Source: Pecten maximus
Lineage: Eukaryota
DNA: 64,000 nt
Direction of reading: 5' to 3'
Assembly (NCBI RefSeq): GCF_902652985.1
Contig: NC_047017.1
Span: forward strand, 3,906,001 to 3,970,000
In this document: piece after piece, positions 51,938 to 64,000 of the stretch
Layout: each line of letters begins with the position of its first letter
Numbering within the stretch: position 1 is the stretch's first letter
Notes under the pieces: generated by a model
The model's input: only the letters and a program-made list of their open reading frames with translations
What the model was told of the DNA's origin: nothing
Databases searched by the model: none
Translations under genes and position numbers: made by a program

Positions 51938-51972
51938 TATTCATCAAGAAGATGATTTGCGAATACTACTAA
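51938..51972 (+). CDS. Calmodulin-like gene, terminal coding exon 5 (VFIKKMICEYY*)
   Basis: Polypyrimidine tract plus atttcag acceptor, phase 1. Corresponds to CaM EFVQMMTAK*, with the intron at the position of the last CaM intron. Confidence 0.85.
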
Positions 51973-52813
51973 TTTGAGCCATCTTAAATCCATCGTGGCT
52001 TATGGAACCAAGGTACCCGACAACTAAAAAGGAGCTGAGGAATATTAGCGTGAATTGGACTGCAATAGCAAAAAGCATGCTGTTGAGCAAGGGAAACCGC
52101 CGCTGTGCGTGGGATTATTACAAAATCGGAGAGTGCAACGTCAGATTGAACTACCACATATCTTAGAAACGACAGAACCATTATACAAATACGTAGCTGA
52201 CAGAAGTGAATGTTGGTCTTATGTTTATGCATGGAAGTGCAAAGATTACTACACATTCTCTGTGTGGCATGACATGCGCACTCAACAAGGGTCTGGTTGA
52301 ACGAGACTAGTGCAAACTACGAAGATATACGTGGAGTTTTTTGTAATGTCTTTTTCTGCACTAGTACTTTTCATTAATCAGACGTCATTTTACAGAAATA
52401 GTGGGGTTAGTTAAATAGTTGAGTCAAATGTATTTGAAAATAAGTCCAAACATTAAAAGACGGGAAATGGTATGGCTTACGTCATATTGCAAAAGTGTTG
52501 TATTTCTGTGTTCAAAATGTTAATGTCATGGAATTATGAAACGCCAAATGAAATATAGATATATTTACAGCTAACTTTTAATTCAGCCAGAGGACTTCTG
52601 GTTAGTTCCCTCCCCCAGACTGCGCAGTTTGGTGCCCCTCCATATCCATGCGCTGTACACTTGTATATAGGTTCTTTCGTTCAAAATTGGGACTATTTTC
52701 AGTATGATTCCCGTCTGTAGTAATGACGTCACGATGTTTCTTAAGGAATATTTCTTTTACCAAACTTTTCATTCGTATTCGTTTTACATTTCTTTATGTA
52801 TGAATAACATAAC

Positions 52814-52959
52814 ATAGTAACACTATTGACGAAGGAAGAAATGCCATGCCCTCAACGGCCCGGGTCTCGAACTCACGATCTACGTCACCTATAATCGCCT
52901 AGTCAGAAATTTCAGCAGCTTATACTAAAATTGTCTTCCTTCGTCAAATGTGTTACTAT
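52814..52959. mobile_element. Inverted-repeat element enclosing a tRNA-like B-box segment
   Basis: atagtaacactattgacgaaggaaga / tcttccttcgtcaaatgtgttactat. The interior on the minus strand reads gatcgtgagttcgagacccggg. Confidence 0.7.
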
Positions 52960-53143
52960 TATATATACAACCTATAAAGAATCTATCTGAGTGATTTAAT
53001 TAAGTTGTCGGATTATATATTAAAGGGAGATAACTCAATTCCTGAAAGTAGGCATAGAAACAAAAAATCTGGAAAAATATGTTACTTGTGTTCAACTCAT
53101 TGACTTCAATAAATAATTCACCGATGTTGATGCCCTACAGTTA

Positions 53144-53224
53144 GTCTGAGACTAGCCCGAGTTTCATCTGGTCCTAACACCAGTCTGATGTCAGGGCCAG
53201 ATGAAACTCGGGCTAGTTTGAGAC
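53144..53224. mobile_element. Short fold-back (palindromic) element
   Basis: ~36-bp arms gtctgagactagcccgagtttcatctggtcctaaca / tgtcagggccagatgaaactcgggctagtttgagac. Confidence 0.8.
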
Positions 53225-53677
53225 AACTTTTGGCATATATCTTGAAATTGGTCTACTGATAACGTTCGTATGGGCTCGCAATCTACTCCTACTTTTGTAT
53301 CATGCAGAGCTAAATGTATGATATCCTTATGCATGTATTACGAAAATAAGTCGTCTGAAACGATTGTAGCTTTCATAACACGTAAGCCGTCATCATTGAT
53401 GACTGATATCTACCATTGCATTATAGATGTTTTGTTTTATATATTTTTATATGTATTTTTTTTTTGTATTATTATTTATTGTCAAATGTAATAAATTCAT
53501 TCGCTGAGTATCTGCAATACGTATTGTACATGTACATTACGTATTTGGTGTCTAAAATTAAAGGGGGGGGGGGGGGGGGGGGGGGGGGGAGAGAAACCCC
53601 ATTTTGTATATATAAGTAGGAAGGAACTCAAACCGTAGAAAGTGTTGTCCAGCATAAAGTACATAGGCATCTTCTAT

Positions 53678-54968
53678 GGTCACTGAACTTCCGGTAAATC
53701 ATTAGTTCTATCGAGTCATGAAACTTCCGATAATTCATTAGTTCTACCGAGGTCACGGAACTTCCGGTAATTCATTAATTCTACCGAGGTCACCGAACTT
53801 TCGGTATTTCATTAGTTCTATCGAGTCATGAAACTTCCGGTAATTCATTAGTTCTACCGAGGTCACGGAACTTCCAGTAATTCATTAGTTCTACCGAGGT
53901 CATGGAACTTCCGGTAATTTATTAATTCTACCAAGGTCACGGAACTTCCGGTAATTCATTAATTCTACCGAGGTCACGGAACTTTCGGTATTTCATTAGT
54001 TCTACCGAGGTCATGGAACTTCCGGTAATTCATTAATTCTACCGAGGTCACGGAACTTCCGGTAATTCATTAGTTCTACCGAGGTCACGGAACTTCCGGT
54101 AAATCATTAGTTCTACCGAGATCACGGAACTTCCGGTAAATCATTAGTTCTACCGAGATCACGGAACTTCCGGGAAGCCATTATTTCTGCCGAGGTCATG
54201 GAACTTCCGGTAAATCATTAGTTATACCGAGGTCACGGAACTTCCGGTAATTCATTAGTTCTACCGAGGTCACGGAACTTCCGGTAATTTATTAATTCTA
54301 CCGGGGTCACGGAACTTCCGGTAATTCATTAGTTCTATCGAGTCATGAAACTTCCGGTAATTCATTAGTTCTACCGAGGTCACGGAACTTCCAGTAATTC
54401 ATTAGTTCTACCGAGGTCATGGAACTTCCGGTAATTTATTAATTCTACCAAGGTCACGGAACTTCCGGTAATTCATTAATTCTACCGAGGTCACGGAACT
54501 TTCGGTATTTCATTAGTTCTACCGAGGTCATGGAACTTCCGGTAATTCATTAATTCTACCGAGGTCACGGAACTTCCGGTAATTCATTAGTTCTACCGAG
54601 GTCACGGAACTTCCGGTAAATCATTAGTTCTACCGAGATCACGGAACTTCCGGTAAATCATTAGTTCTACCGAGATCACGGAACTTCCGGGAAGCCATTA
54701 TTTCTGCCGAGGTCATGGAACTTCCGGTAAATCATTAGTTATACCGAGGTCACGGAACTTCCGGTAATTCATTAGTTCTACCGAGGTCACGGAACTTCCG
54801 GTAATTTATTAATTCTACCGGGGTCACGGAACTTCCGGTAATTCATTAGTTCTATCGAGTCATGAAACTTCCGGTAATTTAATAGTTCTACCGAGGTCAC
54901 GGAACTTCCGGTAATTCATTAGTTATACCGAAGTCACGGAACTTCGGTAATTCATTTGTTCTAGCGAG
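53678..54968. repeat. 37-bp tandem repeat, about 35 units, with a 517-bp (14-mer) higher-order duplication
   Basis: Unit gaacttccggtaattcattagttctaccgaggtcacg. Variant tcgagtcatg occurs at 53821/54338/54855 and cgggaagcc at 54171/54688. Confidence 0.97.
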
Positions 54969-55299
54969 TTAAAGTAATTCTTTGTAGTGTTAAACATTAA
55001 TATGCCATTGTTTTAGACAATATGAGAATTATTGATGTTCTCCTTGGATACATATTGAAGGAGCAGTATTAAGAATATAATGTAATCTCAATGAAATTGT
55101 TTTCAAAATGAAATTGAAACACCTTTTTGGTGAATTATTTGATGCCATTTCAGCCATTTCATTAAATTATTTGAGTAATTTGTATGTGTGTGTTTTTTTG
55201 TTTTGTTTTTTTATTTGTTTTGTTACGGCGCTCGAATTACCAATAAATGACTGAAACCGGAGTGCCCAAGAGGTCGTGTAGGTGACCAAATGAATTAAG

Positions 55300-58200
55300 T
55301 TGATGGACGGATGCACTTAGTTGAGTGACAAAGACGCTGAGGTAAAAGATGGATATATTAGGTTGAATAATAAAATCGCTAATGAGGAAAACACTTAGTT
55401 GAGTAATGGAATCACATGATAAAGTTGGATGGTTGATACATTTAATTTGAGCGATGAAGACAATTAAATAATGTCGTTGAATGGTGAAGATAGTTGAGTA
55501 ATATAGACACTTAGTGATGAAAAATAGTGATGGAGACACTTACTTGAGTTATGTAGACACTTACAGCTGAGATGTGAAGACACTTAGCTACATGATGAAG
55601 TCACTCAGTTGAGTAATGGAGACATTTAGTTGAGTGATGTAGACACTTATCTGGATGATGCAGACGCTTAGTTGAGCGATGAAGTTAATAAGTTAAGTAA
55701 TGAAGACACTTCATATAGTTGAGTTAAGACATCTCAGTAACGGAGACACTCAGTTGAATGATAATGATGGTTGAATGATTGAGACACATATTTGAGTGAT
55801 GTAGACACTTTGTTAAAAGATTAAGACACCTAGTTCACTTCAGGAAGACTCTTAGTTGAGTGGTTGAGACGCTTATTTAAACTGATGGAGACACTTAGAT
55901 GAGTGGTGCAGATATTGAAATGAGTGAATGAGATACTTGATTAAACATTAACAGTTTATTGACTTAATTGAGTAATGAAGACATTTAGTTTTAAGATTAA
56001 GTCACTAAGTTGGACGATAAAGACACATAGTTGAGTGATGGAGACACTAAGTTAAATGTTGGATATAGGTATAAATAACGGGGTGATTGAGACATTTAAG
56101 TTGGATAATTGAGACACTTACTTAATTGAATGATGGGTACACTTAGCTGAGTGATTGAAACACTTTGTTAAAGTGATGGAGACATATAATGGGATCGTCG
56201 AGACATTTAATTGAGTGTTTGAAATACTTTGTAAGACATTTATGTATATAATGGGATGATTCAGACACTTAGTTGAATGATGGATACATTTAGCTAAGTG
56301 ATGGAGACCTAAAGTTAATTGATGCAGACAGCTTACTTGAATGATGGAGATACTTAGTTCAATCAACGAAACACCAAATTGAGTCATGTAGACATTTGTT
56401 TGGCGATGCAGACACTTACTTCGACAATTAAGTCACTTAGTTCGATGATTGAAAAACAGTAAGTTGAGCTAAGAAGACACTGAATTGAGTTATGTAGACA
56501 TCTGAGTGATCAATACACTTATTTAAGCTACGAAAACACTTAATTGAGTGTCGGAGATACTTAGCTGAGTGATGGAGATACTTGGTTGAGTAATGGAGAT
56601 ACATGGTTGAATGATAGAGATACTTGGTTGAGTGATGGAGATACTTGGTTGAGTGGAGATACTTGGTTGAGTAATGGAGATACTTGGTTGAGTGATGGAG
56701 ATACTTGGTTGAGTGATGGAGATACTTGGTTGAGTGATGGAGATACTTGGTTGAGTGATGGAGATATTTGGTTGAGTGATGGAGATATTTGGTTGAGTGA
56801 TGGAGATATTTGGTTGAGTAATAGAGATATTTGGTTGAGTGATGGAGATACTTGGTTGAGTGATGGAGATACTTGGTTGAGTGATGGAGATATTTGGTTG
56901 AGTGATGGAGATATTTGGTTGAGTGATGGAGATATTTGGTTGAGTAATAGAGATATTTGGTTGAGTGATGGAGATACTTAGTTGAGTGGCGGAGATACTT
57001 AGTTGAGTAATGGAGATACTTGGTTGAGTAATGTAGATACTTAATTGAGCGATGGAGGTACTTGGTTGAGTGATGGCGATACCTGATTGAATGATGGAGA
57101 TAGTTGGTTGAGTAATGGAGATACATGGTTGAGTGATGGAGATACATGGTTGAGTGATGGAGATACTTGGTTGAGTGATGGAGATACTTGGTTGAGTGAT
57201 GGAGATACTTGGTTGAGTGATGGAGATACTTGGTTGAGTGGTGGAGATACTTGGTTGAGTGATGGAGATACTTGGTTGAGTGACGGAGATACTTGGTTGA
57301 GTGATGGAGATACTTGGTTGAGTGATGGAGATACTTGGTTGAGTGACGGAGATACTTGGTTTAGTGATAGAGATACTTGGTTGAGTGATGGAGATACTTA
57401 GTTGAATGATGGAGATACTTGGTTGAGTGATGGAGATACTTGGTCGAGCGATGATGATACTTAATTGAGCGATGGAGATACTTGGTTGAGTGATGATGAT
57501 ACTTAATTGAGCGATGGAGATACTTGGTTGAGTGATGGCGATACCTGATTGAATGATGGAGATAGTTGGTTGAGTAATGGAGATACATAGTTGAGTGATG
57601 GAGATACTTGGTTGAGTGATAGAGATACTTGGTTGAGTGATGGAGATACTTGGTTGAGTGATGGAGATACTTGGTTTAGTGATGGAGATACATGGTTGAG
57701 TGATGGAGATACTTGGTTGAGTGATAGAGATACTTAGTTGAGTGATAGAGATACTTGGTTGAGTGATAGAGATACTTGGTTGAGTGATGGAGATACTTGG
57801 TTGAGTGATGGAGATACTTGGTTGAGTGATGGAGATACTTGGTTGAGTGATAGAGATACTTAGTTGAGTGATAGAGATACTTGGTTGAGTGATGGAGATA
57901 CTTGGTTGAGTGGAGATACTTGGTTGAGTGATGGAGATGCTTGTTTGAGTGATGGAGTTACTTGGTTGAGTGATGGAGATACTTGGTCAAGTTATGGAGA
58001 TACTTGGTTGAGTGATAGAGATACTTAATTGAGTGATGGAGATACTTGGTTGAGTGATGGAGATACTTGGTTGAGTGATGGAGATACTTGATTGAGTAAT
58101 GTAGATACTTAATTGAGCGATGGAGATACTTGGTTGAGTGATGGAGATACTTGGTTGAGTGACGGAGATACTTGGTTGAGTGATGGAGATACTTGGTTGA

Positions 58201-60727
58201 GTGACGGAGATACTTGGTTTAGTGATGGAGATATTTGGTTGAGTGATGGAGATACTTGGTTGAGTGGTGGAGATACTTGGTTGAGTGATGGAGATATTTG
58301 GTTGAGTGATGGAGATACTTGGTTGAGTGATGGAGGTACTTGGTTTAGTGATGGAGATACATGGTTGAGTGATGGAGATACTTGGTTGAGTGATGGAGAT
58401 ACTTGGTTGAGTGATGGAGATACTTGGTTGAGTGATGGAGATACTTGGTTGAGTGATGGAGATACTTGGTTGAGTGATAGAGATACTTGGTTGAGCAATG
58501 TAGATACTTGGTTGAGCGATGGAGATACTTGGTTGAGTGATGGAGATACTTGGTTGAGTGATGGAGATACTTGGTTGAGTGATGGAGATACTTGGTTGAG
58601 TGATGGAGATACATGGTTGAGTGATGGAGATACTTGGTTGAGTGATAGAGATACTTGGTTGAGTAATGTAGATACTTGGTTGAGCGATGGAGATACTTGG
58701 TTGAGTGATGGCGATACCTGATTGAATGATGGAGATACTTGGTTGAGTGTTGGAGATATTTGGTTGAGCGATGGAGATATTTGGTTGAGCGATGGAGATA
58801 CTTGGTTGAGTGATGGCGATACCTGATTGAATGATGGAGATATTTGGTTGAGTGTTGGAGATACTTGGTTGAGTAATGTAGATACTTAATTGAGCGATGG
58901 AGATACTTGGTTGAGTGATGGCGATACCTGATTGAATGATGGAGATAGTTGGTTGAGTAATGGAGATACTTGGTTGAGTGATGGAGATACTTGGTTGAGT
59001 GATGGAGATACTTGGTTGAGTGTTAGAGATACTTGGTTGAGTGATGGAGATACTTGGTTGAGTGTTGGAGATACTTGGTTGAGTGGTGGAGATACTTGGT
59101 TGAGTAATTGAGATATTTGGTTGAGTGATGGAGATACTTGGTTGAGTGATGGAGATACGCGGTTGCGTGATGGAGATACTTGGTTGAGTGATGGAGATAC
59201 TTGGTTGAGTGATAGAGATACTTGGTTGAGTGATGGAGTTACTTGGTTGAGTAATGGATATACTTGGTTGAGTGATACAGATACTTGGTTGAGTGATGGA
59301 GATAGTTGATTGAGTGATGGAGATACTTGGTTAAGTGATGGAGATACTTGATTGAGTGATGGAGATGCTTGGTTGAGTGATAGAGATACTTGATTGAGTA
59401 ATGGAGATACTTGGTTGAGTGATGGAGATACTTGATTGAGTAATGGAGATACTTGGTTGAGTGATGGAGATACGCGGTTGCGTGATGGAGATACTTGGTT
59501 GAGTGATGGAGATACTTGGTTGAGTGATAGAGATACTTGGTTGAGTGATGGAGTTACTTGGTTGAGTAATGAATATACTTGGTTGAGTGATACAGATACT
59601 TGGTTGAGTGATGGAGATAGTTGGTTGAGTGATGGAGATACTTGGTTAAGTGATGGAGATACTTGATTGAGTGATGGAGATGCTTGGTTGAGTGATAGAG
59701 ATACTTGATTGAGTAATGGAGATACTTGGTTGAGTGATGGAGATACTTGATTGAGTAATGGAGATACTTGGTTGAGTGATGGAGATAGTTGGTTGAGTGA
59801 TGGAGATACTTGCATGGTTAAGTGATGGAGATACTTGATTGAGTGATGGAGATGCTTGGTTGAGTGATAGAGATACTTGATTGAGTAATGGCGATACCTG
59901 ATTGAATGATGGAGATATTTGGTTGAGTGTTGGAGATACTTGGTTGAGTAATGTAGATACTTAATTGAGCGATGGAGATACTTGGTTGAGTGATGGCGAT
60001 ACCTGATTGAATGATGGAGATAGTTGGTTGAGTAATGGAGATACTTGGTTGAGTGATGGAGATACTTGGTTGAGTGATGGAGATACTTGGTTGAGTGTTG
60101 GAGATACTTGGTTGAGTGATGGAGATACTTGGTTGAGTGATGGAGATACTTGGTTGAGTGATGGAGTTACTTAGTTGAGTGATGGAGTAACTTGGTTGAG
60201 TGATGGAGATATTTGGTTGAGTGATGGAGATACTAAATTGAGTAATGGAGATACTTGGTTGAGTGATAGAGATACTTGGTTCAGTGATAGAGATACTTGG
60301 TTGAGAGATGGGATACTTGGTTGAGAGATGGAGATACTTGGTTGAGTGATAGAGATACTTGGTTGAGTAATGGAGATACATGGTTGAGAGATGGAGATAC
60401 ATGATTGAGAAATGGGATACTTGGTTTAGTGATGGAAATACATGGTTGAGTGATGGAGATACTTGGTTGAGTCATTGAGATACTTTATTGAGTAATTGAG
60501 ATTTTTGATTGAGTATTTGATATACTTTATTGAGTGATGGAGATACTTGGTTGAGTGATGGAGATACTTGGTTGAATGATAGAGATACTTGGTTCAGTGA
60601 TAGAAATACTTGTTTGAGTGATAGAGATTCTTGGTTGAGTGATGGAGATTCTTGGTTGAGTGATTGAGATATTTGGTTGAGTGATAGAGATACTTGGTTG
60701 AGTGATGGGGATACTTGGTTGAGTGAC
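55300..60727. repeat. 21-bp tandem repeat (degenerate 55.3-56.55 kb; homogeneous 56.55-60.73 kb, about 200 units)
   Basis: Unit gagatacttggttgagtgatg, with a 315-bp (15-mer) higher-order duplication (gatacgc at 59154 and 59469). Confidence 0.97.
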
Positions 60728-62198
60728 ATATAGGTTTCATCTCGGTTAGTCCGTTATGTGTACGTATGTAATGGTTACGTCAATGTTTATCAGTGCTCTA
60801 TCGACTTCATTCCTTGGGTTTTTAATCATGTCTAAGTTTCGGGGTTTTTCGGTCCAGGTTAATATAACCGTTACTATTTGAAGCGGGGCTTGTAGGGTAC
60901 ATGTATTGCTTTAGCAATACCTAATAATATACATGTATATGCTTGTTAAATTTGAGTCTTCCTGACTCTTCAGTTTCACACACATTCATTATACGTGTAT
61001 ATACTTACATGTTTTGTTATATTGATTTAGCATAAATAAATTCAGGACTGGAAGCCTACAAAACACTTTAAAGCAATACTAATAAGTTAATAGGGTTCTT
61101 ACATCAGCCACTTTGATACATATATATATATATTGCCATTTTTTTTTTCTTTAAAGTATTTTTTTTTTTTTTTTTTTTTTTTGTACTTTCTCAATTAAAA
61201 TTAATTAATCATATCCATTTAAGTGTGCTTGGCTTTTAAAATAATAACCAAAGTTAACGTTCACGAAATATATATACGTATTACATTACACTTACTTTAT
61301 TTACAGTACTGTTTTTACAAATACATGTACGAATATACCAATATGTAAAAAAAAAAAAAAATGTGCTGAAATCTTTGCAATCTAATTTTAAACTTGAACA
61401 TTGTTATTTAAGATCACCGTTTTTTTTAAACTCATAATTATAGCCATCTGTTTGAACATTGTGACCATATTGTCTCGTTTTAACAGACACTACATTTAAT
61501 TAGCGTGCAATATCTTTAATTGTTTACTTTGCTATATTAGAATATCTGTGCAGATGGGTTAGTGGTTAAGTAATTAACTTTGTCTTACTGTAACACTTGT
61601 GTGACATACAAGCAATTATATTTTTAGGCTAATAATACTTAAACTGTACACGTCCGCTTACAATTACATTTGATAGCGAATCTAAATTGTCATATTTTGT
61701 TCGTACAGTATATATTTACTTCATTCGATCATAATCTTGCCAACATCTTTATAACAGCAGTACACATGTTCAGTGTACATAGTATATGCTATGTTTATTT
61801 CTGTTAAGCCGTAGTAAGAAAAGGTGGAAAAAGGAGACATTTATTGATATTGAAAATTTGTTCCCAATATTAACAACTGCCTATTATCTGTATACATATA
61901 TCTCTGATTTAATAGCTATTTCAATATTAGTAGTTTTAAAAATGAATTCAATCATTGATATTAATAATAATATATTAATTAATGAATCATTAATATCAAT
62001 AAATGATTTTTCAATAGATACATTTTTGTTTTATTTTCAAACGGGCTTGCCATAAATTTGATATGCCAAAAGGCTCGACTTGTGAGTAGTAAGCCTACTG
62101 GAGTACGAGAAGAGGAGTTATCTCCCTTCCCTCATTTCCATTCTGTACTCCTCGGGTGCTGTAGATGATTGCGCGGGTAGACAAAAAATGATGTGAAA

Positions 62199-62299
62199 AT
62201 GAAGAAGGTTGAAGGCACAGAGAGTGTGTGTATTCGTCATTTATGGGATCACACGACGACTTTCCGGTTTAACACTTTGTGTCTAGGTACACTGTTCAG
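62199..62299 (+). CDS. Beta-propeller/WD-like protein, probable first coding exon (MKKVEGTESVCIRHLWDHTTTFRFNTLCLGTLFR)
   Basis: gaaaATG context and ag|gtaacc donor in phase 2, which joins exon 63901 in frame (ag+g = Arg). Confidence 0.7.
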
Positions 62300-62574
62300 G
62301 TAACCACTCCGTAAACTTACAGTCACTTCATAGATCAGGCTATGATATGGAAGATCGGTATCACAAGGCCTGCTGTATCTGCTGAGATGCCGGTGTAAAG
62401 AAAAGACTGGATTAACCTGTTAACTAGAAGTCTATGCCTATATGTTTGACGTCTACCGGTATACAGACAAGAAATAAAACAAAATCTAGCCTATAGCACT
62501 ATATACGTACTGAGTTCTGCTAACAGTCAACTTATATTTAGTTTATACATACATGTATACATATATATATATAT

Positions 62575-62673
62575 AGGTGCCTGACTCGTTTTATAAAGTA
62601 ACAACATATAAGAGTAGTCTCATTTCATTTATATGTACTCTTGTTATTATTTTATAAAACGAGTCAGGCACCT
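62575..62673. mobile_element. Short fold-back element/MITE in intron 1 of the beta-propeller gene
   Basis: Perfect 23-bp inverted arms aggtgcctgactcgttttataaa / tttataaaacgagtcaggcacct, abutting a (TA)n tract. Confidence 0.8.
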
Positions 62674-63900
62674 GTGATTTATAGCATAACAATCTATGTA
62701 CTGATTGATGGGCCGCTGATAGACCACATGATTGGCATATCTAGTCTTATAAGCCCAATCGTACAGTGGAAAGTGATGCCACTTTGTCCAGTTTAGCCAT
62801 ACACTTTGTACATACTTGTATAAAGACAGTCTTAATATATAGGTATTTTTGGCTAAAATCTTTTTTTTTATATAAGACTAGACATGCCCTGTGATTGGAC
62901 GCACAATTCATAGATGTAATTCATCCACCATCATGATCAGTACATTGTAAATTGCAAAATGTACAGTGCCTTTCAAGTTCTGTTGTATGTACTTAGTTGT
63001 TGGCAATGATAATTAATATTTCAACATAAATTAATACTATTATTTTGCATGGATACTAGTCCTATCATATAATACTTTGAAGGTTCATATCATGATTTAT
63101 TATTGGGTATTTACATTTTTGTTATTTGTTGGAGGTTTGACATATAACAAATGTCTGATTATAAACGTAAAAAAAATCATGATATGTACATAAAAAAAAT
63201 CCTGATATGCACCTTCAAAGTCTTATATTATATAGGACTCACATGGATACATATGCATCTTACCAAGGAATATGTCGCCAGTCTTTCCACAGAGGTTTGC
63301 TGTTTTATCAAATTGAAACTTAGACTTTAATCCAAACAAAAATGCTCTGCATTCTATAAAAACAATCGCTAGCATGAAATGGATGGTTAATAAAAAATTT
63401 CATCACCTTCATAAAAAATTCTGTATTATTCGTTCCGCGTTATCTTATTGTACAAGGGAAACAATCATAACCTAGCTAAAAGTATCAAATCGCCACAAAC
63501 CTCTTTCATTTTTTTTGTCGCCTGTGAAGCCAGGTGGCACATAAGGATCATTTGTCCATTTGCCATGTGTCGTTGTCATCGTCTTTATCTTCAGATTTTT
63601 TTTCTTGTCATTTGCCACATCAATTTGTACCTTTACTAGTGTGTGACTTTGTCATAATGCAGTTTGAATTCCTTTTGCACATTCTCATAATTAACTGGTT
63701 TTCCTGACCTTTTTTTCGCAACAACTTGCCGCATCGGTTTGTTACTTAATATGTGGCTTTGTCATAATGCATTGCAGATTGAGTTCCACTTTGAACCCTA
63801 TATTTTTTTGCTTCAATTTCCCACATCAATATATATATATATGTAACTTTATAAATGACTTTTTCATGAACAAGGGATTTCTCCTATCTGATACTTGCAG

Positions 63901-63991
63901 GCAGAGTGGACTTACACTTGCCCTAGGAGGTGAAGATGGCATCATCAGACTCTATGACCTGTCCTCTACGGAGGGAATCAAATCTCAGCAG
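63901..63991 (+). CDS. Beta-propeller/WD-like protein, second coding exon (QSGLTLALGGEDGIIRLYDLSSTEGIKSQQ); gene continues beyond the window
   Basis: cttgcag acceptor and cag|gtaaga donor. LALGGEDGIIRLYDL matches the WD-repeat pattern hhxGxxDGxIRhWD. Confidence 0.8.
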
Positions 63992-64000
63992 GTAAGAATT

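Noticed and set aside
52910-52933. Resemblance to the U6 snRNA 5' region (cagcagc..tatactaaaattg)
   Set aside because: Only about 20 nt match, there is no ACAGAGA box or rest of U6, and it lies inside an inverted-repeat element.
56437-60729. DTWLSDG / YLHHSTK / SLNQVSP repeat ORFs
   Set aside because: Translations of the 21-bp satellite, with frequent stops and frameshifts.

Overview
AT-rich eukaryotic genomic DNA. The spliceosomal GT-AG introns, tRNA-derived SINEs and repeat types suggest a bivalve mollusc (inference). Two host genes can be assembled by hand from splice signals. The first is a complete five-exon calmodulin-like EF-hand gene on + (ATG 45003, stop 51972, about 152-154 aa) with the invertebrate calmodulin intron pattern and a degenerate C-lobe. 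The second is the first two coding exons of a beta-propeller/WD-like gene on + (62199..62299, 63901..63991), which runs off the window. The most striking structure lies in intron 1 of the calmodulin-like gene: a head-to-tail dimer (45444..48087) of a ~1.3-kb Crypton-like element. Each copy carries the catalytic C-terminus of a tyrosine recombinase and ends in a 162-bp near-perfect hairpin. The dimer sits in a 24-bp minisatellite with no target-site duplication. The rest is non-coding: tandem arrays with 39/40, 71, 34, 49, 22, 24, 37 and 21-bp units, tRNA-SINEs, TA-flanked MITEs, several short fold-back elements, a Helentron/HINE-like remnant and a probable decayed DIRS-type recombinase. The long ORFs in the track at 5.6-6.2, 41-43, 48 and 56-60 kb are artefacts of tandem repeats. 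All family assignments come from motif recognition by eye, not from database searches.
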